Part shown: one piece after another, positions 18,350 through 28,371 of the stretch
Layout: the number at the start of each line of letters is the position of its first letter
Numbering within the stretch: position 1 is the first letter of the stretch
Origin: a virus
Taxonomy: Duplodnaviria; Caudoviricetes
Length of the DNA: 54,406 nucleotides
Virus record (IMG/VR): IMGVR_UViG_3300020043_000644
Span: 1-54,406 of that record
Direction: 5' to 3' (one strand)
Notes under the pieces: model-generated
Databases searched by the model: none
Seen by the model: the letters and a program-made list of their open reading frames with translations, nothing else
Told to the model about the DNA's origin: nothing
Translations under genes and position numbers: made by a program

Positions 18350-18609
18350 AGAACATATTATTTGTAACAGTAGCAAGTGCAGTAGTAATTGGATGCTCAA
18401 GCAATCCTTATGGCAATCGTTCTGAATTGTTAGTAGAAAAGAAAGTACATGCTATGAGTAGGCAACAAGTTATAAATGGTATCAGTGACTGCGAGGCAGC
18501 AGCAATGAGACCTGTAGTAATTATGTCAAAGCGTAGGGTTGGGGATTACTTTAGTGACGTTATCATTGACGTTACCTGTGCTCCAAAGGCAGTCCAGTAC
18601 TACAAATAA
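18346..18609 (+). CDS. predicted lipoprotein
   Basis: Signal peptide with lipobox VIG-C. Confidence 0.65.
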   Translation: MKNILFVTVASAVVIGCSSNPYGNRSELLVEKKVHAMSRQQVINGISDCEAAAMRPVVIMSKRRVGDYFSDVIIDVTCAPKAVQYYK

Positions 18610-18642
18610 ATGGATAACAAAAACAATAAGATACAAAGGGGG

Positions 18643-18671
18643 TTGATTTAAGGGACCAATTTGCATATAAC
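18643..18671 (+). promoter_or_regulatory. sigma70-type promoter upstream of nrdB
   Basis: TTGATT-17 bp-TATAAC. Confidence 0.5.
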
Positions 18672-18683
18672 TAGAATCCCAAG

Positions 18684-18708
18684 GGAGCATTTCTGCTCCT
18701 ATTTTTTT
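18684..18708 (+). terminator. intrinsic terminator
   Basis: GGAGCA-TTTC-TGCTCC followed by TATTTTTTT. Confidence 0.7.
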
Positions 18709-18737
18709 CCACAATCAATTCCTCGGAGTACCAATCT

Positions 18738-19715
18738 ATGAGTCTAATATCGCCCAGCGTTTCCTATAAACCTTTCTTTGCACCTTGGGCTGTTGAGTAC
18801 GCCATCAAGTCAGAGAAAGCCCACTGGGGTGAGTGGGAAGCTAAGTTACAGGATGACTTGGCACAGTGGCAGGGTGGCAAACTGACACCACAAGAAAAGA
18901 ATCACATCACACAAATCCTACGATTGTTTACACAGAGTGATGTTGCTGTAGGTACAAATTATCTAGAGCATTATGTACAGAAGTTTAAGAACAATGAGAT
19001 ACGTGCCATGCTCACTAGCTTTGCTAATCGTGAGTTCGTACACCAGCGTAGCTATGCATTACTAAATGACACACTTGGATTGCCAGAGGAAGAGTACTCG
19101 GCATTCTTGAAGTACAAGCAGATGAGTGAGAAGATTGACTTCATGTCACAGATTGATACCAACAGCCATGCCGGTTTAGCTAAGGCTATTGCAAGATCAG
19201 TTATGAATGAGGGCATGTCTTTGTTCTCAGCCTTTGCAATGCTCCTTAACTACCAGCGTTTCGGTAAGATGAAAGGTATGTGCGAGATCGTAGAGTGGTC
19301 CGTGAGGGATGAGAGTATGCACTGCGAGGGAATGGTTAAACTGTTCCGTGAGTTCTGCAATGAGCATCCACGTATCGTGACTGATGATTTCAAGAAGGAC
19401 ATCTATGAGATGTTCAGAGAAGGTGTAGCACTTGAGGATGCTGTTACCGATGCAGCATTTGAGATGGGTGAGATCCAAGGTCTTACAGCTGCGGATGTCA
19501 AGAAGTACATCCGTTATATTGCTGACAGACGATTGATTCAGCTTGGCTTGAAGGGTAACTGGAAGGTCAAAGAGAACCCATTAGAGTGGCTAGATTGGGT
19601 CATCAGTGGGGATAGCCTCAAGAACTTTTTTGAAGGCGTAGTAACCGACTACAATGCAGCCGGCATGGAAGGTGATTGGGGTTGGGGTACTACTGAGGAG
19701 AAGATGGCAGCTTAG
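18738..19715 (+). CDS. nrdB: ribonucleotide reductase class Ia beta subunit
   Basis: FTQSD, EFVHQRSY, EG..LFSAF, RDESMH, NFFE. Confidence 0.95.
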   Translation: MSLISPSVSYKPFFAPWAVEYAIKSEKAHWGEWEAKLQDDLAQWQGGKLTPQEKNHITQILRLFTQSDVAVGTNYLEHYVQKFKNNEIRAMLTSFANREFVHQRSYALLNDTLGLPEEEYSAFLKYKQMSEKIDFMSQIDTNSHAGLAKAIARSVMNEGMSLFSAFAMLLNYQRFGKMKGMCEIVEWSVRDESMHCEGMVKLFREFCNEHPRIVTDDFKKDIYEMFREGVALEDAVTDAAFEMGEIQGLTAADVKKYIRYIADRRLIQLGLKGNWKVKENPLEWLDWVISGDSLKNFFEGVVTDYNAAGMEGDWGWGTTEEKMAA

Positions 19716-19969
19716 TAGTATACAAATGCAGGGGTATGCTCACCAACGTATGCCCCTGCAGTATTGTAGTGGAAGTATTCATCAGCTTCTTCCAACGTCA
19801 TACCCTCATTCTTGGCTAATAACTCAATACACTTATTAGCGTCATAGCATACAGCCCATGGAGTATTAACTCGACTGGCTACCCCAAGGATAGCTTCATC
19901 AAAATACTTCTCTTGTAATAGCAAGAGTGCTGAGTCTGGGTAATTATCTTCTATGTCTTGTCGTGTCAT
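19712..19969 (-). CDS. conserved phage hypothetical protein
   Basis: FDEAILG...GMTLEEADEYF.YN..GAYVGE.TP pattern; last gene of the - arm. Confidence 0.7.
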   Translation of the reverse strand: MTRQDIEDNYPDSALLLLQEKYFDEAILGVASRVNTPWAVCYDANKCIELLAKNEGMTLEEADEYFHYNTAGAYVGEHTPAFVYY

Positions 19970-22900
19970 TAACGGTATCTTTCAATGAGTGCTTCATACT
20001 TATAGACTTGTTTATAGTCTTTTGCTTCATCCATTGTAGTACCATTATTTTCTTTTGCATAGAGTTCGTTGATAGCTTTTCTTTCTTCAGCAGTTTTATT
20101 ATTAAAGATTAGCTTATCCATTCTGTCTCTATCTTTACCTAACATCTTATTTCTGGCTATTTCTCTTCCTATCGTTACGGATTCCCTCATGTTATTGCCC
20201 ATTGCCAGTGTCTTTTGAGCATCTGTCATTTTATTGTATCGATCAGATTTTAATAAGGGGACAACCCTTTGATTAATGAAAGGCGAAGCTTCATCCATTA
20301 CTGCTCTATCTAATACCTTATCTCCAGTAGATCCAAAGTATTTATAAGGATCTAAACTAAGGCGTACAAATTCCCGTTCTATATCATTAGCCCTTGGAAC
20401 AAGTCTAACACCCATCAAAGTATTAAAGAATTCCCCGGCACGTACTGGAGTTTCTTTTCTTAGGTATCTCTTAGCCTCTGGTAACTCTTCTTTGAATCCC
20501 GGAACTTTAGCTTTGATACGATTTAATGCTGACTCAGTTACAATATCATCGCTAGTAATAACATTTGGATCTCTAGCAACCTGACTTTCAGTATTAAATA
20601 ATTCAAAGAAATTAAATATAGGTTGACCGGGCTGGATAAAACGATTTGCAAAATCTCCAAACACAGCACCTAAAGATTTTTCTAATCGCTCTGCTTCTTT
20701 ACCCTCAGTGTTATTGTATGCTGCAGTTATTTGATCTATTATATATCCCTGAGCACCTCCCGGAATTTTCATACCCACAAGAGTTTCAATGATTTCTTTT
20801 GTATTTGATTTCTTACCCTCTATTGATTTTGCAATGAACTCGCCCACTGCTAAGTATGGTGCAATAGGAAACAAAGCACGGGTATCTACTGTGCCACCGT
20901 CTTCATTTGTAAATGTATACCAAGGGCTTTCTTGGTTATTCATTCTGTAGTTAGTAGCTGCAACAAGAGCAGCTGTTCCAACCATTCCTTTTGATAATTT
21001 TTCTAAGCCCTGTGTATATAAACGAGCAGATAATTGTGGATCTTTTTTCTTATTATATGCTGCTCGACCTAAATCTACAGTACCAAATGCACCACCAATC
21101 GGGCTATACTTGTACTGGAATGCCATTGCATTAGTCATAAACCTTGGGAAAGTTACAAGTAATGATCCACCCGGAACTTGCTCGAATAGCTTTACAAAGT
21201 GATGTGCTACCCCTTGCTTAGGCATATATGAAAAAGTACCTTTCAATGCTTCGTCTGCAGCATTTTTTACAACGTCAGTAGGTATTGCTTTATTACTTGC
21301 TAGTACTTCATACATATCCATACCAACTTTACGCATCTGTCTTTCTACACTTGCTGTAAAGATAGCACGTCTAAATATAGCATCTTGTGCTACGTTAAAA
21401 GTATTTGCCATCTTAGAAACTTTCGATAGGTTTTGATTTCCCGTTTCTTGTAAGGCACTAAACAGTTGTTCTTTTATTCTTGGGTTGTCTACTAAAATTT
21501 TATCTACTACTTCTGCTGTAATGCCACCATTAGTTAAGTAAGTTAAAGTATTAAAGGTGTCACGTACAACTGTGTTTAAACCGACAGAAAGATCTTCCTT
21601 TTCAAATTTTCCTTCCTTAATAGTTTTAAGTACTTTACCACTTTGGTATAAAGCACTTTCCATAAAATTAGAAAAAGCATCAAAGGTTAAGCTTACAGAA
21701 GTTCCCAATACGTTACGCACTGTTGTTGCAATGCTTGATACAACTAATGCCTTTGACTCTCTTTCAAATCTATTTATACCATCTTTTAAAGTTATTAAAA
21801 AATCTGGCACATGATATTTTCTAAGGAACATATCGTCAATAACTTTCTGTGCATCAGGATCGATTTGTGCCTGACGAGAAAGAACACGAGACAGTGCAGA
21901 GTATGCTTGCATAATAGAAGCAGCATCGGATACTGTAGTTCCTGTTACTTTAGAAAACTCTTGTAGCGTAAGTCCTTCTTTTTCAAGGGCTTTTGTCAGT
22001 GCAACATCATTTACTTTATCTAAGGATCCAAACACTTCGCTCACAGCACTAGATACTTTTTGTTGTTTAGTACCTACCCTTCTTGCAACATCACTAAAAG
22101 CAGGATCTTCTAAAAGAATAGCTTTAGCTACATTAATAGCACGAGTATTAATATCTGTTTTTAATTCTGCTTGTGTAATTTCTGTTGGTGGGTTTAACTG
22201 ATCAAGAATTTTTCTACCTTCAAAGATGTCAAACTGCCGAAGTGTCTCATCCAACTGTTGATCAAACGCATCTGCAAGATCTTTACTAGCAGTGTCTACA
22301 GTTTCAGTAAGTAGTTTCTTTCTTCCTTCTAAAACATTTTCTAAATCTTTTGCGGTTGTTAGCTTAGGTGTTTTAAATGCTGCTCTTGCTTCAAATCCAC
22401 CAAACACAGCACCGATTGCACCACCAATAGCAGCTTCACCCTTACTTATTTGTCTACTATTTATTTCTTTTATTTTTTCGTTTTGTTTTTCCTTGAAAGC
22501 ATTGAACTGCTCTTGAGTTATTTCTCCTGACTTAAATGACTCTCTTGCTTTGTTTAATTCAATATCAACTTTTTCAGTATCTAATACCTGTTGTACTTTT
22601 AAATCTCTTTGTAATGACACAGCAGATTGTGCAGTTCCAAGTACAGCTTCAGCACTTGCTCCTCCAACTACAGCTTTTGTCTTAGCACTTATTGCTGTCT
22701 TGATAGCTGCCCTTGCTGCCTGTTGTCTAGCAGCAGCACCTATTCCAAAAGATATAATATTAGTAGGCTCAGATACAGCAGATAAAACTGACTCTGCTAA
22801 AGGACGAATACCGGGCTGTCCACCTTTTTGAAAAAAGTATGGCACCTTTTCGTATAGTTCAAAGGCACGGGCAGTTTTAATTGCCTCGTCAGGCTTGGCG

Positions 22901-23319
22901 TTGTAGATCCAATTTAATTCTGGTACAGCATTTAGTGAGGTGTTGTATTCAACCTGACGCATTGCTGTCATGAATCGTTTGGCATAGTCCTCATCAGATT
23001 CATTTGGTTTTTGTTTACCCGATTCACCGAAGCGTACTTCTCCATACTCCTTAATTATTTTAAGGTTATCTGGATTTTTATATAAAGACTCAAAAGGAAC
23101 TTCCTGTTCTTTGACTGGTAAGTCGAACTCAGAAGTAACCTTTTGTTCTTTGGTATCTTTGACAGGCTTAACAGGTAAGTCAAACTCAGAAGTAGGTGCA
23201 GCAGTCTTAGGACCCATAGCAGCTGCAGTCTGAGTTGCTGCTGTAGTCTTAATAGGTAAATCAAATTCAGACTGCGGCTCAGTAACACCCGTCTGTAGAA
23301 AGTCTAATTCACTAGCCAT
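19969..23319 (-). CDS. large internal virion (ejection) protein
   Basis: 1116 aa, helical, position at the end of the structural arm; three N-terminal SEFDLP repeats. Confidence 0.65.
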   Translation of the reverse strand: MASELDFLQTGVTEPQSEFDLPIKTTAATQTAAAMGPKTAAPTSEFDLPVKPVKDTKEQKVTSEFDLPVKEQEVPFESLYKNPDNLKIIKEYGEVRFGESGKQKPNESDEDYAKRFMTAMRQVEYNTSLNAVPELNWIYNAKPDEAIKTARAFELYEKVPYFFQKGGQPGIRPLAESVLSAVSEPTNIISFGIGAAARQQAARAAIKTAISAKTKAVVGGASAEAVLGTAQSAVSLQRDLKVQQVLDTEKVDIELNKARESFKSGEITQEQFNAFKEKQNEKIKEINSRQISKGEAAIGGAIGAVFGGFEARAAFKTPKLTTAKDLENVLEGRKKLLTETVDTASKDLADAFDQQLDETLRQFDIFEGRKILDQLNPPTEITQAELKTDINTRAINVAKAILLEDPAFSDVARRVGTKQQKVSSAVSEVFGSLDKVNDVALTKALEKEGLTLQEFSKVTGTTVSDAASIMQAYSALSRVLSRQAQIDPDAQKVIDDMFLRKYHVPDFLITLKDGINRFERESKALVVSSIATTVRNVLGTSVSLTFDAFSNFMESALYQSGKVLKTIKEGKFEKEDLSVGLNTVVRDTFNTLTYLTNGGITAEVVDKILVDNPRIKEQLFSALQETGNQNLSKVSKMANTFNVAQDAIFRRAIFTASVERQMRKVGMDMYEVLASNKAIPTDVVKNAADEALKGTFSYMPKQGVAHHFVKLFEQVPGGSLLVTFPRFMTNAMAFQYKYSPIGGAFGTVDLGRAAYNKKKDPQLSARLYTQGLEKLSKGMVGTAALVAATNYRMNNQESPWYTFTNEDGGTVDTRALFPIAPYLAVGEFIAKSIEGKKSNTKEIIETLVGMKIPGGAQGYIIDQITAAYNNTEGKEAERLEKSLGAVFGDFANRFIQPGQPIFNFFELFNTESQVARDPNVITSDDIVTESALNRIKAKVPGFKEELPEAKRYLRKETPVRAGEFFNTLMGVRLVPRANDIEREFVRLSLDPYKYFGSTGDKVLDRAVMDEASPFINQRVVPLLKSDRYNKMTDAQKTLAMGNNMRESVTIGREIARNKMLGKDRDRMDKLIFNNKTAEERKAINELYAKENNGTTMDEAKDYKQVYKYEALIERYR

Positions 23320-23328
23320 TTGTATCCT

Positions 23329-24612
23329 TTAAGGTTGCCAGCCGGTACCGTTCCAAGTTCTTACTGTTTTACCGTCTTTGCCTATATATTTTTGATCTTT
23401 TACTAACTTAGTAGGATCCCATGCACCATCAACAATAGCATTTGCAGGAGTAGGTATTGGCTTATCTACTACTTTTTGTGCTGCTGTAGCTGGTTTAGCT
23501 GGGGCTGCAGGTGCTGGAGCAGGTGCAGGTGCTGTAGTTCCGGGTGTAACTACTGTAGTAGCAGATCTCCACGATATCAGTTTACCATCTTTAATTTGAG
23601 CGTATGGTAAAAGTGCATCCTCTGAATTTCTACCGCCAATAATGTTATTATCTTTATCGAGAATTCCCATCTCTCTAGCACGAGATTCAACGATATCGTT
23701 TCTTTGTTTCATAAAGCTGTTAATAGAATCTATGTCCCCAGTAATAGGTATGTAGGTATTTGATTCTTGATCATAACGTACAACCTTACCAGTAATAAAC
23801 GGCTCTAAACCAATACGTAATGATTTATCAAATATACGATTAACCTGATCCGCAGTTCTTGGCTTACCAGCTTCTCCCTCACCAATCATTTCTTTAATTG
23901 ATGTATTGGCTTTAAGTCTAGCTAATAGCCTTTGATTGTCAGGATCGGAATAACTACCACCTTTAGCAATATTTTCTGCCAATCTATTCTGAACCATCTC
24001 GATGCTTTCTGGTTTCTTAAATTGGGATAGGTCAATTTCTAAAGGCACGGCAGCTATTTCCTCTGGGGAACCTAGTGCCTTTGCTTTAACTTCACGAGCA
24101 GACTTACCAGATATCTGCTCAAACTGGGCTTGTGCCTGTGCATAAGCAGGAGACTCAAGTCCAAATGCCCCACGTACAACTGGGGTTGGTTGTGACTCTG
24201 GCAGTCCCATTGGAATAGAAGTAGTGCGTCTAATATAATCCATGGGCTTAGGTACATCTTCTGGTTTAGCCCCTACTTTAAGTATCTTACTGAAGTCAAC
24301 ATTGCTTAAATCTTTTTCAGTTTCTAATGTTTTTAAAATCTGTTTAGCTCTAACTGGTTGCATTAGTAATGCAGTAATTTGTGTCTCTGTTAAAGCCACA
24401 CCTTTACCATCTCGATAGTCGGCTAACGCTTGAGCAGTAGAAGTAAGTTCATCTCTTTTAGTACGAAGCCTATCGTCTTTTTCTTCTGCTTCTTTACGTC
24501 TTGCCTCTAATTCAGCCATAGCATTCTTACGTATTTCATTATTACGTTTTTCAATACTTTCCGCTGCACCTTCACTGGCACCTGCTACAAATGCTTTTAC
24601 TAGTAGTGACAT
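23329..24612 (-). CDS. internal virion protein
   Basis: N-terminal hydrophobic segment plus coiled coil; PA-rich linker; small C-terminal beta domain. Confidence 0.6.
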   Translation of the reverse strand: MSLLVKAFVAGASEGAAESIEKRNNEIRKNAMAELEARRKEAEEKDDRLRTKRDELTSTAQALADYRDGKGVALTETQITALLMQPVRAKQILKTLETEKDLSNVDFSKILKVGAKPEDVPKPMDYIRRTTSIPMGLPESQPTPVVRGAFGLESPAYAQAQAQFEQISGKSAREVKAKALGSPEEIAAVPLEIDLSQFKKPESIEMVQNRLAENIAKGGSYSDPDNQRLLARLKANTSIKEMIGEGEAGKPRTADQVNRIFDKSLRIGLEPFITGKVVRYDQESNTYIPITGDIDSINSFMKQRNDIVESRAREMGILDKDNNIIGGRNSEDALLPYAQIKDGKLISWRSATTVVTPGTTAPAPAPAPAAPAKPATAAQKVVDKPIPTPANAIVDGAWDPTKLVKDQKYIGKDGKTVRTWNGTGWQP

Positions 24613-24616
24613 AATA

Positions 24617-25102
24617 TTATTCCATTGTCTCTGTAGGTTTAGCCATTAAGCCACGAGGCTTCTCTTCAACTATACTTAGTTGCTCTTTATTTTTTCTCAT
24701 TCTTTCTACAGCTTTTCTAGCCTCTCTTGGAGATATGGATAGAGACTTAGCCACAGCTTCTGGAGACGGTACATAAGTAACATTATTCATATCTGCTACT
24801 GCCATGATGAGTTCTTCAATGACTGGTAAAACTAACATGCCAACATCCAGTGTATGAACCCCATTCATTACAGAGTTCTTTTGTAGGATAGAAGCCAAGT
24901 TACTTACAGGTACACCTAGTTCTAAAATATCTAGCAACTGATCATGTGCCTCTCGATTCCCCAGTATCTTAGAAGCGTAGTATTCCATAGCTTCTTCAAT
25001 AGTAACTAAGCTTGGTGGATTCTCCCAAGGTCTATCCCCCGGTGTAGTAGTTAAAGACATCCCCGGAATAGGTGCATTTAAAAATCCAGTATCAGCTGCC
25101 AT
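24617..25102 (-). CDS. conserved virion-associated protein
   Basis: APIPGMSLT..PG.RPWENPP; C-terminal RGLMA. Confidence 0.65.
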   Translation of the reverse strand: MAADTGFLNAPIPGMSLTTTPGDRPWENPPSLVTIEEAMEYYASKILGNREAHDQLLDILELGVPVSNLASILQKNSVMNGVHTLDVGMLVLPVIEELIMAVADMNNVTYVPSPEAVAKSLSISPREARKAVERMRKNKEQLSIVEEKPRGLMAKPTETME

Positions 25103-25319
25103 TTTTCTTACCTTTACCAGTTAATAATTCTTTTCTCTTTTGCCGTATTGCATAGATAAATTCACTAACACTAGCAACAGCATCCATTTGTTTCATGGCT
25201 TCTTTCTTAACTGCCCCTTTAGGTGCCAGCAATCCACGAGCAGAATCCAGTTCCTTAGAACTAGTATTTTTCTTGTTGATGTAGCTTTCTATTTTATTTT
25301 TGTAATCATTGATGCTCAT
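25092..25319 (-). CDS. small basic hypothetical protein
   Basis: AAGGA RBS; RGLLA motif. Confidence 0.6.
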   Translation of the reverse strand: MSINDYKNKIESYINKKNTSSKELDSARGLLAPKGAVKKEAMKQMDAVASVSEFIYAIRQKRKELLTGKGKKNGS

Positions 25320-25328
25320 TGTCTTTCC

Positions 25329-27380
25329 TTAATCGTATGAATCCGTTTCCCACCAGTCTGGATACTCATTGGGACCTACATAAGAATAGCTGTCAAGATT
25401 ATTGCCAATACCAAATAAACTATCCCATGTGCCAGCTATGGTACTCTTAGCAAGATCGTATCCACCCTTAATAATATCACCAAAGATAGAAGCACCTGTA
25501 GAGCCTGCTGTTGTACCACCAAGAATAGTAGCAGCTGCCTTACCAATGGTTTCAGTCAGTGCTGCATCCTTTGCCATAGCAGCTGCAAGTACTGTAGCGT
25601 TAGATGAAATCTCTTGTCTTGTAATTTGATTGATACGATCCGCTGCATTATCTGCAGACTTCCATGAGTATTCAATCTCATCACGGAACTGTTGCCATAC
25701 GTTATTATACTCTATGGTTGTTAATTCCATAGCCTTCGTAGCATTAAATTCATTAGCACGATTTGTAGCTGCAGTATTAGCAGTAGCAATCTCTCTACGC
25801 CACTGAGCATTAGACTGGTCAATAACTAAACGATTCTGAGCATTGAATTGGTCACGCTGGTTCTGCACCTCAGCATTAAATCTAGACACAGTGTTAGCCT
25901 GATCGGTATTAAACTGTGACATTGCATTAGTCTGCTGGGCATTAAACTGATTTACTTGGCTAGTTAAATTAGAAAAGAATTGATCAGCCTGATTCTGACT
26001 AGTTGCATTAAACTGTCTTGATGCATTCTCTGCAGCTTGATCTGTCAATATACTTTGTACAATAGACTGTGACTTAAATAGTTCAGCCTGTTGTTCGTTC
26101 TGTAAGTTAGCCATATCCATCTGCAAGAAAGACTGGGCATTAACTACAGCAGCTTGCTGTCTATTGTTTAAGTTAGCTGTCTCTAAGTTAGCAATCTGAG
26201 CAGCCTCAGCCATTACAAGGGCTTGTCTATTACTTAAGTTAGCCAAGTCCATTGTCTGTGCTAGACGTGCATTCTCTAGGGCTACCTGTTGCTGTGCAGT
26301 AAAGTTCATGTTAGCAATGTCAGCTACACGAGCAGCATTAGTAACACGGGTTTGGAATGACTGATCAAACTCTTGACCTAAGAACTGGGCACGTTGCTGT
26401 GCAGTTAATACAGCTACCTGCTGACGATTGGATAAGTTCTGTAGACCCATCTGCTGGAATGCTTGAGCATCAGCACTAGCAATAGGTACAGCAGCCTCTA
26501 GGGTAGCTTGAATAATAGCTTGACCTGCTAGGCTAGATGCACCTAAACCACGAGCAGCCATCTGTGCTGTAGCATTACGTAAGGATGCAGCAGCCCATGA
26601 TGGAGGATTACCAGATTCAAAGCCAGCAGTTAATTTAGCTAACTGTCCTTGAACTGTCATGTCTTCTGTAACTACACCTTGAGCAGCTTCTGCTTTAGCT
26701 AGTGCATTTTCTACTTCAGTCATGTTAACAGCAGGACCACTGACCATCTCACCGACTTGTTCACCACGTACAGGTGCACCAGTTACTTGTCTAGTTAAAC
26801 CTTGAGCAGCATCTAACTGACCAACAGCAGTCTCAGTAGGCGTAGCCTGTGCAGCTTGTACTTGGGCTTGCTGTGATACAGTACCCTGTGCAGGTTGTAA
26901 CCCTTGAACTGCAGTAGTAATAGCAGGGGCAGCTTGCGTAGCTTGTGTAGTAGTTATTGGCTTGACAGTTGGAACAGCTGCGGATATAGTAGGCGTAGCA
27001 GCAGCAGCCGTAACTTGTGGTGCCTGTATTGGGGCTAATTCTGTTTTTATTGTCTGGTTATCTTCTGCCGTTGTAAGAGCAGGTTTTACACCAGACATCT
27101 GTGGTTTTACTGGTATAGTAAGTCCTTGCTTTTCTTCTTCCGTAGTTGAGGTAGTAGCAGTAGTAGTAGTCTGTTCTTCTGGGGCAGTGATAGTTCCACC
27201 CTCAGCCATGCCTTTAACCATACCACCACGAGCCATAAACTTGTCTGTAATCAAACCAAACTTCCTAGCATCGTTAGGACTAGACTTTAGATACTCATCG
27301 AACATTTGCATAGGACCATCATAGCCCATCCTACGAGCGATTACTTCCCGTTGTTTTTCTGTAAATGTTTTATCTGCCAT
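25329..27380 (-). CDS. Q/A/N-rich internal virion (DNA pilot-like) protein
   Basis: Long QFNA-type coiled-coil repeats; MARGG/MAEGG near the N-terminus; ATG at 27380 preferred over TTG 27389. Confidence 0.65.
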   Translation of the reverse strand: MADKTFTEKQREVIARRMGYDGPMQMFDEYLKSSPNDARKFGLITDKFMARGGMVKGMAEGGTITAPEEQTTTTATTSTTEEEKQGLTIPVKPQMSGVKPALTTAEDNQTIKTELAPIQAPQVTAAAATPTISAAVPTVKPITTTQATQAAPAITTAVQGLQPAQGTVSQQAQVQAAQATPTETAVGQLDAAQGLTRQVTGAPVRGEQVGEMVSGPAVNMTEVENALAKAEAAQGVVTEDMTVQGQLAKLTAGFESGNPPSWAAASLRNATAQMAARGLGASSLAGQAIIQATLEAAVPIASADAQAFQQMGLQNLSNRQQVAVLTAQQRAQFLGQEFDQSFQTRVTNAARVADIANMNFTAQQQVALENARLAQTMDLANLSNRQALVMAEAAQIANLETANLNNRQQAAVVNAQSFLQMDMANLQNEQQAELFKSQSIVQSILTDQAAENASRQFNATSQNQADQFFSNLTSQVNQFNAQQTNAMSQFNTDQANTVSRFNAEVQNQRDQFNAQNRLVIDQSNAQWRREIATANTAATNRANEFNATKAMELTTIEYNNVWQQFRDEIEYSWKSADNAADRINQITRQEISSNATVLAAAMAKDAALTETIGKAAATILGGTTAGSTGASIFGDIIKGGYDLAKSTIAGTWDSLFGIGNNLDSYSYVGPNEYPDWWETDSYD

Positions 27381-27409
27381 ATTATGCAACCCTTACTTAT
27401 AATTGATTA

Positions 27410-27883
27410 TCATGAAAGGTATAACGCTCTTTCATCTTTTCGTCTAGTGGTAAGACCTTTTAATTCTTTACCACCTGCCTTATTCCACTTTAAGAATTCA
27501 TCGGCAGCTGCTTCGTATTCACCTCGGTTATGCTTCATCCGAAGGGTAGAATTTTGGAGATTACCAAGTCCAACATTGAAGGCGAATGATACAAGTGCAC
27601 CAAAGCGACCAGTATTAAGACCAGTAGGACATAGTCTTCGTACACCACTTTCAAATCTTTCCAAATCTTTAGCAAGAATTTCATTGACCTCATCCCCACT
27701 TAATATTCTATCCCAACCTGCAGGAATTGGCAATGCTTTTCTTTCTGCCAATGGTACCCTAGCATGATTAGGATCTATTACATGCCCTACCCCGACAGTC
27801 CATAAAAGTGCAGGGCATTGGTATGGTTTTGTCTTAAAACCTTCATGATGCACGATAAGATCTAATACTTTTTTATCTAACAT
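27410..27883 (-). CDS. GH24 lysozyme (endolysin)
   Basis: E-x8-C-x5-T triad (HEGF...QC...WTVGVGH), ALVSFAFNVG, GLTTRRKDE. Confidence 0.9.
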   Translation of the reverse strand: MLDKKVLDLIVHHEGFKTKPYQCPALLWTVGVGHVIDPNHARVPLAERKALPIPAGWDRILSGDEVNEILAKDLERFESGVRRLCPTGLNTGRFGALVSFAFNVGLGNLQNSTLRMKHNRGEYEAAADEFLKWNKAGGKELKGLTTRRKDERALYLS

Positions 27884-28368
27884 TACTTCTTAGCGAATGC
27901 TTGGGTACCAAACCAGAAGGCAATAATTGAGGCAAGGATCTGCATCTCATCTGCATCAAATACCATAGGGATAGCCTCGGCAAATGCTGCACCGCTAGAC
28001 CATGCCCACCAGATAGAAGCTATATCAACTATGATTAATAATAATACAAATAGGTAGGTAACTACAGGACGTACAGAAGCCCGTAGATTAATAATCCATT
28101 GGCTTGCACCCTTACCAATCTCAATGTCATGCTGGTACATAGCTGTACGTTCTTGTGCCTGCGTTTGCATCTGCACTTGATCTGTACGAATCTCTTCGAT
28201 TCTAGCCTGAGCAGCATAGCCACGCTCTAGCATCTGGAGTTCTCTGTCCATCTGCATACGAGCAAGTTCTAGTTCATGTGACTTATCCGATCTGTCTTGG
28301 AAGAAGTCTAGTAGTTTAGGTAGTCCACCCATTAGGAAGGACAAAGCAGTTGATATTAGTGTGAACAT
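27883..28368 (-). CDS. holin (three-TM, GTA-holin-like)
   Basis: RASVRP..TY, IIAFWFG; directly upstream of the endolysin. Confidence 0.7.
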   Translation of the reverse strand: MFTLISTALSFLMGGLPKLLDFFQDRSDKSHELELARMQMDRELQMLERGYAAQARIEEIRTDQVQMQTQAQERTAMYQHDIEIGKGASQWIINLRASVRPVVTYLFVLLLIIVDIASIWWAWSSGAAFAEAIPMVFDADEMQILASIIAFWFGTQAFAKK

Positions 28369-28371
28369 TAT

